Shown one piece after another: positions 50,971 to 63,533 of a stretch of DNA of 64,000 nucleotides. The first letter of the stretch is position 1, and each line of letters starts with the position of its first letter. Below the pieces are notes generated by a model that was not told where the DNA came from, did no database searches, and saw only the letters and a program-made list of their open reading frames with translations. The stretch lies in contig NC_042997.1 of the NCBI RefSeq assembly GCF_006345805.1, positions 181,226,001-181,290,000 on the forward strand. The letters are read 5' to 3'. Made by a program: the position numbers and the translations under genes. The DNA comes from Octopus sinensis. Lineage: Eukaryota.

Positions 50971-51241
50971 GAACAGTGTGCTAAATCTTCTGTGATATGT
51001 TGGTGGCCAATAATATCTAAAGAACCAAAACAAACACTGACGTCACTGGACGATCCTATGAAGTATCATTTTATTCAAGTCACACCTATACTCTTTGTAA
51101 GCCTAGTACTTATTCTATCGGTCTCTTTTCCCGAACCGCTAATTTACGGGGACGTAAACACACCAGCATCGATTGTCAAGCGATGTTGGGGGGACAAACA
51201 CAGACATACAAACATGTTTACATGGGTGTGTATAAAGTTAC

Positions 51242-51462
51242 TCTTTTACTCTTTTACTCTTTTACTTGTTTCAGTCATTTGACTGCGGCCATGCTGGAGC
51301 ACCGCCTTTAGTCGAGCAAATCTTTGTAAGCCCAGTACTTATTCTATCAGTCTCTTTTGCCGAACCGCTAAGTGACGGGGACGTAAAAACACCAGCATCG
51401 ATTGTCAAGCAATGCTAGAAGTACAAACACAGACACACAAACACACACACACACACACACAC

Positions 51463-51505
<43 letters not shown>

Positions 51506-51709
51506 TTTTTTACTTGTTTCAGTCATTTGACTGGAGCACCGCCTTTAGAGTGGTGAAAGAGTACAGCAGGGATCACCACCTCCTGCCGGAGCCTCGTGGA
51601 GCTTTTAGGTGTTTTCGCTCAATAAACACACACAACGCCCGGTCTGGGAATCGAAACCGCGATCCTCCGACCGCAAGTCCGCTGCCCTAACCACTAGGCC
51701 ATTGCGCCT

Positions 51710-51751
<42 letters not shown>

Positions 51752-51932
51752 TATATATATACATATATATGACGGGCTTCTTTCAGTTTCCGTCTACCAA
51801 ATCCACTCACAAGGCTTTGGTTGACCCAAGGCTAGAGCAGAAGACACTTGCCCAAGGTGCTACGCAGTGGGACTGAACCCGGAACCATGTGGTTGGTTAG
51901 CAAGCTACTTACCACACAGCCACTCCTGCGCC
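51242..51932 (-). mobile_element. SINE family B split at its microsatellite by a SINE A fragment
   Basis: Halves 51242-51440 and 51770-51932; SINE A 5' half at 51548-51712. Confidence 0.85.
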
Positions 51933-52079
51933 TTATTTATTTATGTAGACATTTTGAAAATACAGGGAGATGTTAAAGTTGTAAATTGAATAAAGATTTA
52001 AATGCAGTTTTAAGTTCAAAGTTTCTCGAAATATGTAGTTTATTGTTTATACCACATAATGCTATTAAATATATACCAG

Positions 52080-52257
52080 TAAGAGGAGGCGCTGAAAAGT
52101 TCCTGGCTTTAAGGGTGTCGCGAAAAGCCTGGTCGGAAGCTCAACTTTCCGAGTTCTTTTACGGGGCTTAGAAAAACTGAAGGACTGCTGCATCATGTCT
52201 GTGAATCTGAAAGGGGAAATATGTTGAACAAAATCATAATTAACTGATCCTCTTGTA
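52080..52257 (+). mobile_element. Internally deleted mariner remnant
   Basis: TIR-like AGAGGAGGCGCTGAAAAGTTCC and C-terminal motif GLEKLKDCCIMSVNLKGE(YVE). Confidence 0.5.
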
Positions 52258-52264
52258 TTTTCTA

Positions 52265-52637
52265 CTAGCAGTATAGCCCGGCGTTGCTTGGGTTTGTTTT
52301 CTTTTTGACTCTTTTCAATGGGAATTTTTGAAAAGTAAAAATTTTGCATTATGTAGCTTGTTATTCTCTTAAAGTGAACATTTTTCTGGTTGAAGTACAC
52401 CGAAAAAATGGCGACATAGCAATAAAAAAATTGGTGTAAATAATTTTTGGTCTTAACATGGTCCGATTTGAATTTTTTCTTCTACGGAATGAAGAGCAAG
52501 TCTTCTTTTATCATACTCTCAATTTTGGTCAACTTGCGCCGCAGCGTCTCGGAGGAGATAGTGTTAATTGAAGGCTACCAAACCTGCCACAGACACACAC
52601 ACACACACAGAGGCAACTTCAGCTTTATATATATAGA
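52265..52637 (-). mobile_element. Non-autonomous Helitron, same family as 7555-7947
   Basis: TC...CTAG termini, 3' hairpin, A/T insertion site, high similarity. Confidence 0.85.
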
Positions 52638-53009
52638 TTAACCAAAACCAGGACCTTTTCAACCGCCCCCCGCCTCGTATATTTTGAATCCTTTTACTGT
52701 CGTTCTCTGGTTTGTAAATCCTATTCGTTTCCATCAGCGTTTTCTGTCCTACTTTCCAACGTGATTACAAACTAACGAATATGTGCACACCTCGGTCACG
52801 CACTGGTTTTCTTTTCTTTTCTATCTCTTCCTGTATTTTATTTCTCTCTTTCTCTCATGATTGACAAACAGATCGTAGAAAAAGGATATTCATAGAACTC
52901 TCTTTATTTCCGCATGAAATTAATATATATAAACTTTAAATTTCCGTTCATCGATTTTTGTGTTGATTTAAAAATCTTCCCTTGGGATATATGAGTATGT
53001 GAATGTGAG

Positions 53010-53101
<92 letters not shown>

Positions 53102-53317
53102 TTATGGGTATTTCTATACTTTGCGTCTACGTCACAGCATGTGATTATGTTAACACTGCTTCACACACACACATTGTATAGAAATGTCACGCTTTCGAAT
53201 AGCAATAGCGAGACAGATTTAGAATGATAGAGAAAGAACAAAGAAAAGGGTATATAAAAATGGTATATTTGAAAATGAATGTGTTGATAATGTAACGTGT
53301 AGTAGAAATACGGAGAA

Positions 53318-54101
53318 GGCAGCGAGCTGACAGAAACGTTACCATGCCGGGCGAAATGCTTAGCAGTATTTCGTCTGCCGCTACGTTCTGAGTTCAAATT
53401 CCGCCGAAGTCGATTTTGCCTTTCATCCTTTCGGGGTCGATTAAATAAGTACCAGTTACGGACTGGGATCGATATAATCGACTTAATCCTTTTATCTGTT
53501 CTTGTTTGTCCCCTGTGTGTTTAGCCCCTTGTGGGTAGTAAAGAAATAGGTATTTCGTCTGCCGTTACGTTCTGAGTTCAAATTCCGCCGAAGTCGATTT
53601 TGCCTTTCATCCTTTCGGGGTCGATTAAATAAGTACCAGTTACGGACTGGGATCGATATAATCGACTTAATCCTTTTGTCTGTCCTTGTTTGTCCCCTCT
53701 GTGTTTAGCCCCTTGTGGGTGGTAAAGAAATAGGTATTTCGTCTGTCTTTACGTTCTGAGTTCAAATTCCGCCGAAGTCGATTTTGCCTTTCATCCTTTC
53801 GGGGTCGATTAAATAAGTACCAGTTACGGACTGGGATCGATATAATCGACTTAATCCTTTTGTCTGTCCTTGTTTGTCCCCTCTGTGTTTAGCCCCTTGT
53901 GGGTGGTAAAGAAATAGGTATTTCGTCTGTCTTTACGTTCTGAGTTCAAATTCCGCCGAAGTCGATTTTGCCTTTCATCCTTTCGGGGTCGATTAAATAA
54001 GTACCAGTTACGGACTGGGATCGATATAATCGACTTAATCCTTTTGTCTGTCCTTGTTTGTCCCCTCTGTGTTTAGCCCCTTGTGGACAGTAAAGAAATA
54101 A
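53318..54101 (+). mobile_element. SINE family C tandem array: one head and 4 x 184 bp
   Basis: Units begin at 53366, 53550, 53734 and 53918 and share private variants (GAAGTCGATTTT, TTACGGACTGGGATCG). Confidence 0.95.
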
Positions 54102-54443
54102 GAAACACAGAGAGGATTAGAATCAAAGCAACTTTTCGTTGTCGTAGAATAAGATTCAGGAAATAAGTGTTTCATTTGAATGTCTTATTGGTGTCAGAAC
54201 GACGCTCGGTTGTCTCAATATATTTTCCTCTTTTTGTGCTGTAATTATTCTGTGCCTTTTTGTCTGTATTTGAGGCTGAAAATGGTGTCGGTTCGATTTT
54301 ACAAGTGTGCAGGGATTACCATACGTGCAAAAGTTAGAAAAAAAATAATTTTAATAAGTGTGTGTGTGTGTACGTGTACATATACGTGTACATATATACA
54401 TACATACATGCATACATACATGCGTACATACAAGCTTACATAC

Positions 54444-54532
<89 letters not shown>

Positions 54533-54722
54533 TTGCATTTGCATTTGCTAAGTATCTAACATAATAGACACACTATGCTTAAACTGAATTTATTCTGACG
54601 TAGGAGAGTGAAGAAATTTATTTAAATCATATCTCGCTTCTGTCGCTTTATCTGGTAAAATTATTGATACTGCAACGTATAAAAAAAATGCCTCGCATTT
54701 CTTATCTCTAATATATATATAA

Positions 54723-55116
54723 CAAGCAGTATCGCCCGGCGTTGCTTGGGTTTGTAAGGGAAATAACTATATAAGCATTTTTAGAGATGTAAAGTATAAT
54801 AGCCATCTCAATATGGGTAACCACAAAGGGGGGTGTTACTGTAGCTTTTTACGTTCTGAGATTTAACAATACATTTTTAGAGAGTTACTTCCCTTATATA
54901 ATAGCAAAAAAATGCATTAAAAATGGGAAAAAATGATGGTAAATGTTTTTTAAATCGTAGACTCATCGTAGACGTGCGCTAATACCCAGAAGGGCTCGAT
55001 ATGAATCACGACTATAAGATACCCGCTTTTGGTTACACTGCACCGCAAAATGTGGGAGTAGTTAGGAATCTAAATCGTAGGAGACAGACACACAACTTTA
55101 GTTTTATATATAAAGA
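54723..55116 (-). mobile_element. Non-autonomous Helitron, second subfamily
   Basis: Same termini pattern (5' TC, CCCGG hairpin, terminal CTTG variant) with a different interior. Confidence 0.7.
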
Positions 55117-55440
55117 TATATATACATATATTATCTTCCCAGTAAATACTATATTTTAAATTCAAACGCTGATATTACAAAGTCTTCTTTCTTGCAATAA
55201 CTCAAGTCTTCAATCACTCAAACAAAATAATGAATAAATAATGCAGTAATGTCAGTGTGTAAGTTAATTTTTTTGGTATAAACAACCCACAGAATTTCTG
55301 TTTAAAAATGGAAGTTTTTAACTATATTCGCTGGCAATATTTCAGAATGCTAGATTCCTGTTGTTTTGTTTCAACGTATAAGAAATTTTATAAGACGTAC
55401 AAACATGTTTTGTTATGCTTTAATAAATATTCAGCCAAAA

Positions 55441-55523
<83 letters not shown>

Positions 55524-55817
55524 TACACAACACTTTTAAGTTTCAGTTATACAAAAGGTTATCAAGGTTATAAATGTTCCTATTCAATGATATTCCAAAA
55601 CGTTCGAATCTGGCATTTCTCTTTGAGGCTTTACTGCCTGAATAGTTGTACGGGATGGTCCAAAAGCCACGCACAAAACAAGTTCAATACCTTCCGATGT
55701 TGTCAAAACAAACAAACTTCAATTATTCTAAAATTGAATAAACATAAATAAAATAATGAATTCACACGTTCTTGTACGAGAAGAAGAAGAAGAAGAAGAA
55801 GAAGAAGAAGAAGAAGA

Positions 55818-56032
55818 ATCATTTCTACAATAAGCACAAGGCCTGAAATTGGGGGGAGGGGGCCAGACGATTACATTGACACCAGTATCAAATATTAATT
55901 AACTGGTACTTAATTTATCTATCCTGAAAGGATGAAAGCCAAGGTCTACACCGGTGGTATTTGAACTCAGAACGTGAAGACAGACGAAATCTCACTAAGC
56001 ATTTCGCCTGACGTTCTAACGCTTTTGCCAGC
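55818..56032 (-). mobile_element. SINE family C, alternative tail, ending in (CTT)n
   Basis: Tail hairpin AGGC-CTTGT-GCTT at 55832-55844. Confidence 0.8.
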
Positions 56033-56079
56033 AAATTTCGACCTAGGTTGAACAGTATGGTGGAAGTGCGGCAATTGTA

Positions 56080-57280
56080 GTTGCAAAGACGGTGAAATCA
56101 ATAGCAAAGCAAAATGCAGTTGAGCAATTGGCTGAAAGGTGGGAAGAAAATCCTTTGTATGACAATTATGTGGCCCGTAACAAACAAGCTGATGTAGACC
56201 ACAAGCACACCCATCAGTGGTTGCGGAGCTCAGGGATAAAGGCAGCGAGTGAAGGCTTTATCTTGGCTGCTCAAAATCAGAGTTTATTAACCCGTAACTG
56301 TCAAGCCAATGTGATGGAAAGCGGAATGGACCTAAAGTGCCGATATTGCAACGATGGGATTGTAACAGTGGACCACCTAATCTCTGGGTGTAAAGTATTA
56401 GCAAATGAAGAGTACAGATCAAGACATTACAGAGTTGGCCAATATCTACATTGGACAATGTGTCGGCATTATAAAAATCAAAACTGCTGACAAATGATAC
56501 AAGCATCATCCTGAGGCTGTAACTGAGGAGGAAAATGGAACTTCCCAGAATGTATAGACCGGACCATCAAAGCAAATAAACCAGATATTATTGTGAAAGA
56601 GCAAAACATTAAAGTATGTTTATTGATTGATATGAGCATACTCTGTGACCATAATATCTCGGCTCAGAAGATATAAAGGTTTGCTAATCGAAATCGAAAA
56701 GATGTGTCATATCAAGACGGTTACAATACCAGTGACTGAATGAGCACTTGAAATGATCGAAAAAGGAACCAAAAATTATCTTAAAATGGTCCCTGGATTA
56801 CTTACTATCCACGCAGGAAGTGCAAAAGATTGTCTTAACTGGTGGATGGAAGCACTCCGTCGGTTACGACGATGAGGGTTCCGGTTGATCCGACCAACGG
56901 AACAGCCTGCTCGTGAAATTAACGTGTAAGTGGCTGAGCACTCCACAGACACGTGTACCCTTAACGTAGTTCTCGGGGATATTCAGCGTGACACAGAGAG
57001 TGACAAGGCCGGCCCTTTGAAATACAGGTACAACAGAAACAGGAAGTAAGAGTGAGAGAAAGTTGTGGCAAAAGAGTACAGCAGGGATCACCACCATCCC
57101 CTGCCGGAGCCTCTTGGAGCTTTAGGTGTTTTCGCTCAATAAACACTCACAACGCCCGGTCTGGGAATCGAAACCGCGATCCTACGACCGCGAGTCCGCT
57201 GCCCTAACCACTGGGCCATTGCGCTTACATCTTAACTTGTACGTCACACGTACTGAGAAGAGTATTGTCTCCCCCCCTTT
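56080..57280 (+). pseudogene. R4/Dong-like RLE non-LTR retrotransposon C-terminal region, interrupted by SINE A
   Basis: EGFILAAQNQSLLTRN; CRYC...DHLISGCKVLANEEYRSRH; DRTIKANKPDIIV...CLLIDMS; resumes after the SINE as VLTCTSHVLRRVLS. Confidence 0.9.
56841..57229 (-). mobile_element. SINE family A, full length, 8-bp TSD
   Basis: TSD TCTTAACT at 56833-56840 and 57230-57237. Confidence 0.95.
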
Positions 57281-58196
57281 ATTTTCTTTGTTAACTTTTT
57301 TATCCTCTTTTCTCTGTCTTTCTTCCCGTTTTTCTCTGTCACATGACTTTGTAAATGAACAATCTGGTGTGTTTATTCCAATGGCCTATCAATGTATACA
57401 GTGCGTTTCTCTGCTCTAGGTGTCAGGAAGACTCTCGGCAAGCAACGGATACAGAATTAAAAGATGATAATGAAAATAATAATAACTAGAATTGAAAATG
57501 TATGGGACTAGCATTGCACACACATAAGTACGTAAAAACAGATCACACTCACACACACACACACAAACACACGTACACCTAGTAGCTTCCTCCACACACA
57601 TAAATACGTTGAAACAGAACACGCTCGCATACTCACACTCACAAGAATAAGCAAGCATACACACACGCATTCACTCCCATACATACACAAGAACAAGCAC
57701 GCACACATACACTCATACACACTCACACACGCAAGAAAAAGCACGCACATAAATACACACAAACAAACACACACACACACATGCAGACGTACACCCATTA
57801 GCTTCCTCTTCCACTTCGACACGTCAAACAGAACAAGCACGTACAAAGATAGCTTGATGCGAAACTATCGCTCATAGGTTAATGGTGATTGAAAATTAAC
57901 CAATAAAATTCAATCACCACGCAAACAGCCACGGCTTCCTTGCACTTTTATTCGCAAGCTAGGCATATATTGACTCGACTATAACATTCTGTTGTCGGTC
58001 ACTGCATGCCTGAAACATAATAATCCTGTATGCTGAAGACAAGGCCTTGAAATTTTGTTTTGATGAATCCTCGTTCAATGAAGCGACGAGAGGATCCACT
58101 ACCTCTGACGTAGTGTAATTCTATCATATACTTATGGTTATGTATAATATTATAGTCCGATATAATGAAAATATTGGTTTCAGATTTTGACACAAG

Positions 58197-58776
58197 GCCA
58201 GCAAGTTCGCGGATGTGGAGTAAGTTGATTCTATTGCCCCCAGTGCTCAGCTAATACTTATTTTGTCGACCCCGGAAGGATGGTGGGCAAAGTCAACCTC
58301 GGTGGAATTCGAACTCAGTAAAGACATACGAAATGCCACTAAGCATTTAGCCAAGCGTGCTAACGATTCTTATTTCTTTATTGCCCACACGGGGCAAAAA
58401 AAGGGCAAACAAGGACAGACAAAGGGATTAAGTCGATTACATCGACCCCAGTCCGTAACTGGTACTTAATTTATCGATCCCGAAAGGATGAAAGGCAAAG
58501 TCGACCTCGGCGGAATTTGAACTCAGAACGTAACGGCAGACGAAATACCTATTTCTTTACTACCTACAAGGGGCTAAACACAGAGAGGACAAACAAGGAC
58601 AGACAAACGGATTAAGTCGATTACATCGACCCCAGTGCGTAACTGGTACTTATTTAATCGACCCCGAAAGGATGAAAGGCAAAATCGACCTCGGTGGAAT
58701 TTGAACTCAGAACGTAACGGCAGACGAAATACCGCTAAGCATTTTGCCCGGTGTGCTAATGATTCTGCCAGCTCGC
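58197..58776 (-). mobile_element. SINE family C cluster (head plus 2 tandem units, next to an older copy)
   Basis: Units at about 58372 and 58551; the first ends CCC-CGTGT-GGGC-AATAAAGAAATA on the minus strand. Confidence 0.85.
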
Positions 58777-60510
58777 GACCATTAATGTATTGAAAATATT
58801 GATATAGGTCGTACAGTTCCTCCAGCCTCATAGCAATGGGCCACTATGCTCTTCCATCTTTGTCTTTCGCAAGGATAAGAGCTTGAAACCAATTGGTGTC
58901 ACAGCTACGTATAGTTCAATTTTCCATTTCCTGTCCACCTCATTCCAACCAACCTCAGTATATCCAAATTATCTCATTTCTTTGATATAAAGTGTGGACA
59001 TCCCAATTGGCGATGTTTGTGCTTTGTTCGTTTGGTAGAGGTACGTTGCATATATCTTCCTTAATAGTAAGCTCTACTTTACATTACTAGAATACAGGGT
59101 AATAGGTTTCAGATTTTTGTACTTGTTTTGTAGTGATGCTTCTAAGGATCACAACTTTCCTATACGCTGACATATAGTGTATTCTAAATGACCTTAAAGC
59201 AATTTAGACATCTTGAATTTGAATTTACATTATAAAACCTACAAATTTAAACTGCTCAGAAATTTAATTTCGAAATTATGGTTATTGTTATGGTTACTAT
59301 TCTTATGTTTTAGCCTTAGATCAGAATAGATTGAGAAGACATCATCAAAAGCATCATCTGTAACCATTAAGCCTAGTAGATCTTGCATGCATGAAGCGGA
59401 TTCGATCCACCATAGCCAAATTTAAATTAACACTGCAGCAGAACTTTTCCCACGGTGGAACAATGGTTTTTCTCTGACAGCAGTTTTACATTTTCCAGAT
59501 GCCTTTAGCTAGGCCGAAATAAAGTCTTCACCACTTGACCCTTTCTAACCTCTTCTACTTCACCAAAAGCTAGAATAGAGACAACAAGACCACCAACTAA
59601 ATCTATTGTTCTCAATGATATATCTATCCTTCTGGATAGTTGTAAAAGCAAGCACACCCCATGCAAAAATCAGTTAGTCACAGTCGGTGACGACTCAATG
59701 AGTCCAGTCACATAGTGACGACTCAACGAAGTCTGGCTGACCAGCTAGAACCTTGGTCAGAGGGAGAAATGAAAATAAAGTTTACTGTCAGGAACTGTGA
59801 GACAACGTGCCACACCCAACAAGCCTTTCACTCAATACACTGTATCCAAAATTATATTATCAAATGTATGAATCTTTTTTATAACGAGAATGTGATTTTA
59901 AAGAGCTTTGACTACTATTTCTAGCATTCAGACAAAAGCATAAAGGGTTTTTCGTTTGTTCGTCTGATTTTATTCTATGTCGAAGAATAAAAGAAAATCT
60001 ATAACTGGGCTATACTAACCTTAATATCAGCCGTAACCTCTACTGAAATGAACTTTTACAAAAGTCACATGACCTTTCATAAAAGAAATCTTAATATGTT
60101 TCAAAAATTCGATATATCAGAACGTTCGAGTCTTAAAGTAACGCTTATGATCAATCACTCGAAGTTAAATAATGACAAATAAAAATATGGAAATATAATA
60201 AAAAGCAATCTAAATCTTCTTCGTGTATTTGTATTTGTATTTGTACTATAAACGACACTGTGAAGATAAAACGGGACAATAGTATGGTTTTAACTTCGAT
60301 TCTATCTCTATTGAAAGTAAAATAGCAAAAAAGAAAGTTGAAAAGTGGGGAAAAAGCATTAAAAAAATCATGAAGAATAATGTCAGAGAAAAACAATTAA
60401 AAGAAGGCAAAGATGGAAGGTGATGAAGGTTGGCAGTTTGGTTGCAAGAAGTGTGGTTGTATTTTACTTTGAATCTTTTTTCCATAAGCTAAATACATAC
60501 AGACAAACTT

Positions 60511-60560
<50 letters not shown>

Positions 60561-60569
60561 TATCTAACA

Positions 60570-61174
60570 TGTAGTGATCCTATACAAAGGCGCGCGCTCG
60601 CGCACCATCCATTTGTATTTCGCGCGTGTTGGTGCCTTTACCAAGGCAGAGAGAGGAAGGGCCCTCTCGCGCATGCGCGAAGCACCGGAAGAAGAACCCT
60701 TTTGCCTACGTAGCAGTTAGCCGAGGCAAGGGGGTCGTAAGACGTTGACCACCAGCGTCCAGCAGCAGCGGCGACTTGGGACGGCAGCGATTGAAGGCGA
60801 CGGTCACGCATATTTTCTCTCCGTTCGAACTTGCTTCTAGCAGTCCTTACCAAAAGGCCTTTAACCAAATTGTTGCAGACCAACATCGTCTCCATTGTTC
60901 GACGCCATTTTGACCCGTTCTGTTTTTAGCGGCTGAACATTGTAAATATTACAATCGATTAACTTTCAGCCTTGCGCGCCCCGAACCAAGGACATCAGAT
61001 AACCACTTATTGTTACTGTTACCAAGAAAGAGAATAAAGTAGTATATATATATTTTACGTCTGCGTCTTGTTGTTTCTGACTGGTAGAATTCTGGATTAT
61101 TAAAGCAACGGCTAGTGATTGTTTTGTGCACCCCAAAAGTGCACGAAGATATTCGCATCACTAAGTTCGTTACA
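60570..61174 (+). repeat. 5' LTR
   Basis: TGTA...TACA; AATAAA near 61033; 4 differences from the 3' LTR by manual comparison. Confidence 0.95.
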
Positions 61175-61175
61175 G

Positions 61176-61195
61176 TGGTGACCCCCCGACGTGAT
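61176..61195 (+). promoter_or_regulatory. Primer-binding site, tRNA-Trp type
   Basis: TGGTGACCCCCCGACGTGAT, 1 nt after the LTR; equals the tRNA-Trp PBS TGGTGACCCCGACGTGAT (as in avian leukosis/sarcoma viruses) plus two extra C. Confidence 0.85.
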
Positions 61196-62707
61196 TCTGG
61201 TCTAAAACCAGAGATCACTTAACAATAAAAAAATCCAGTTTTTCTGCGAAGTCGGAACACGATTAACTCTACGCATTCATCTTTCGACGATTTGTTTCCG
61301 TCCACTCGGACCGTTATAGAAGGAGCCCTTTTCTTATTCTTCGCCATGATGACGAACGCCATCATATCAACGATGCCTTTTCTCCACCTTCGTCATCGCC
61401 ATCGTCGTCTTTCTACTTCACGTCGTCGCTATCTTCGTCGCCATCATCACTAAGAACAATGTTGTCTCAAGTCCTCTACAGTCGCCTTCCACCACCACCG
61501 TCGCCTTTCAACACCGTCGACCTCCACAAGATGTACATAGCAACTCGCGGAACTTTAGCGTGCACGCTGTATGTGCATATGCACACCAAGGATAAACAGC
61601 ACCGTCTATCTACGAGATTCTTCTGTTCCAGTTAACCTGTCACAGCATTGAAGCTACAACCGCTACACATTGTGTTCAACCGGCATCTGCATTTTGTGAT
61701 TTCAACATTTCTGTTACAGAACGAACTGCTATTGTGCATCAGGCTATCACAGACTGGTAAATTAACTCTTGTCTGGAATAGCCCCGAGAGACATTTTTTC
61801 TATGCGCTGTATTTTTTTATATTTTGCTCGCATTCACCTTGTATGTATTTCTGTCGCACACACGTACACACACATAAATGCTCTCTCTCATATACATACG
61901 TCACACATGCTTTTCTCGCTTGTTTTTTTCCATGCTGAATTTGCCTTTTGTGGACACCCCTCATTTCTATAGACCCTAGGGGTCACGTATACATAGAGAG
62001 GGTTGTTTGTCCATTATAACGCGCCGGCATGCCATACCTTTGTTCCTGTACGAACGAGGCATATGATCGCTCAACCACTGGCATGTTCATTTGCTGTTTT
62101 TCGGTCTGGCAAGCACTATTGCATTTCATGCGTCTTTTGCTTCGCACGTGTGCTGCCTTGTTTTTGCAACACGTTTGTGCTAGTTTAATTCTTTTCCCGA
62201 CTCATGGGACGTCGGATGTTCACATGCGCTGCGCCATGTTTAGGCGTAATTATTTTTCCCTGTTAGACCACTGTTGGTCACGTAATTAACAGAAAATTAT
62301 CTGTGTCGCGCATCACACCAGCATGTTTGCACCTTTGCCTTTTGTGTTGCTAGCGAGCTTCTGTCAATTCCATTTCCTCTCCTGCAGCAATTGATTTAAC
62401 TGCTATTTTGCAGGATCAACCACCTTTAGAGAAGTTGGATTTTAATTTCGCCTAGGTTCATTGACTGTGAGTTTTGCTTTCCCTCCGCTCCTTTCAGCGG
62501 AAGGGTTTATACTTTGTGACGTATACACTTTCATGCATGCACTCTTGATTTTTGCTCATTGAGTATTTTTTCTCTTTTTCCTTTAGTAAATTTCTTGTGT
62601 ATGTTATAAATTTTGCCATTTTATTATATTGTGTGCTATTTGGTTATCTGGTGTCCACCTTGAGTTTTATAGTCACTACAGGGAATTTTGTGTCGTGCTA
62701 ACGCACT

Positions 62708-62719
62708 GGGGTGGAGCTC
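62708..62719 (+). promoter_or_regulatory. Polypurine tract
   Basis: GGGGTGGAGCTC immediately before the 3' LTR. Confidence 0.65.
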
Positions 62720-63324
62720 TGTAGTGATCCTATACAACGGCGCGCGCTCGCGCACGGTCCATTTGTATTTCGCGCGTGTTGGTGCCTTTACCAAGGCAGA
62801 GAGAGGAAGGGCCCTCTCGCGCATGCGCGAAGCACCGGAAGAAGAACCCTTTTGCCTACGTAGCAGTTAGCCGAGGCAAGGGGGTCGTAAGACGTTGACC
62901 ACCAGCGTCCAGCAGCAGCGGCGACTTGGGACGGCAGCGATTGAAGGCGACGGTCACGCATATTTTCTCTCCGTTCGAACTTGCTTCTAGCAGTCCTTAC
63001 CAAAAGGCCTTTAACCAAATTGTTGCAGACCAACATCGTCTCCATTGTTCGACGCCATTTTGACCCGTTCTGTTTTTAGCGGCTGAACATTGTAAATATT
63101 ACAATCGATTAACTTTCAGCCTTGCGCGCCCCGAACCAAGGACATCAGATAACCACTTATTGTTACTGTTACCAAGAAAGAGAATAAAGTAGTATATATA
63201 TATTTTACGTCTGCGTCTTGTTGTTTCTGACTGGTAGAATTCTGGATTATTAAAGCAACGGCTAGTGATTGTTTTGTGCACCCCAAAAGTGCACGAAGAT
63301 ATTCGCATCACGAAGTTCGTTACA
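62720..63324 (+). repeat. 3' LTR
   Basis: 605 bp, about 99.3% identical to the 5' LTR. Confidence 0.95.
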
Positions 63325-63499
63325 AACACATACGTATATATATATATATAGATACATAGATACAAGCATACTTACATGCACTCATAGATGCATGCATATG
63401 CAAATATATACACACCCGAATAACCCGTTTCATTCACATATCTTGTGTCCTGAATAAAACTTCATTTTAACATAACTACACGCACGCATGCACACCACA

Positions 63500-63533
<34 letters not shown>

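Larger units (their letters stand above)
60570..63324 (+). mobile_element. Non-autonomous LTR retrotransposon (Gypsy-like signals), 2755 bp
   Basis: 605-bp TG...CA LTRs, 4-bp TSD AACA (60566-60569, 63325-63328), PBS, PPT, 1545-bp interior with no gag/pol motifs seen. Confidence 0.93.

Noticed and set aside
53366-54101. Regular repeat array resembling a CRISPR or satellite
   Set aside because: Units are 184-bp SINE bodies without unique spacers; eukaryotic context.
3900-57846. Dozens of ORFs rich in YI, CV, HT and MYVC repeats
   Set aside because: Translations of (TA)n, (CA)n, (TATG)n and (GATA)n microsatellites; no coding signal.
61346-61455. Short Arg/His-rich ORF in the LTR interior
   Set aside because: About 36 codons derived from (CGT/CAT)-like simple repeats; no gag motif.
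60638-63045. Identical 85-aa minus-strand ORF twice (60638-60895, 62788-63045)
   Set aside because: A by-product of the two LTRs; no recognisable domain.
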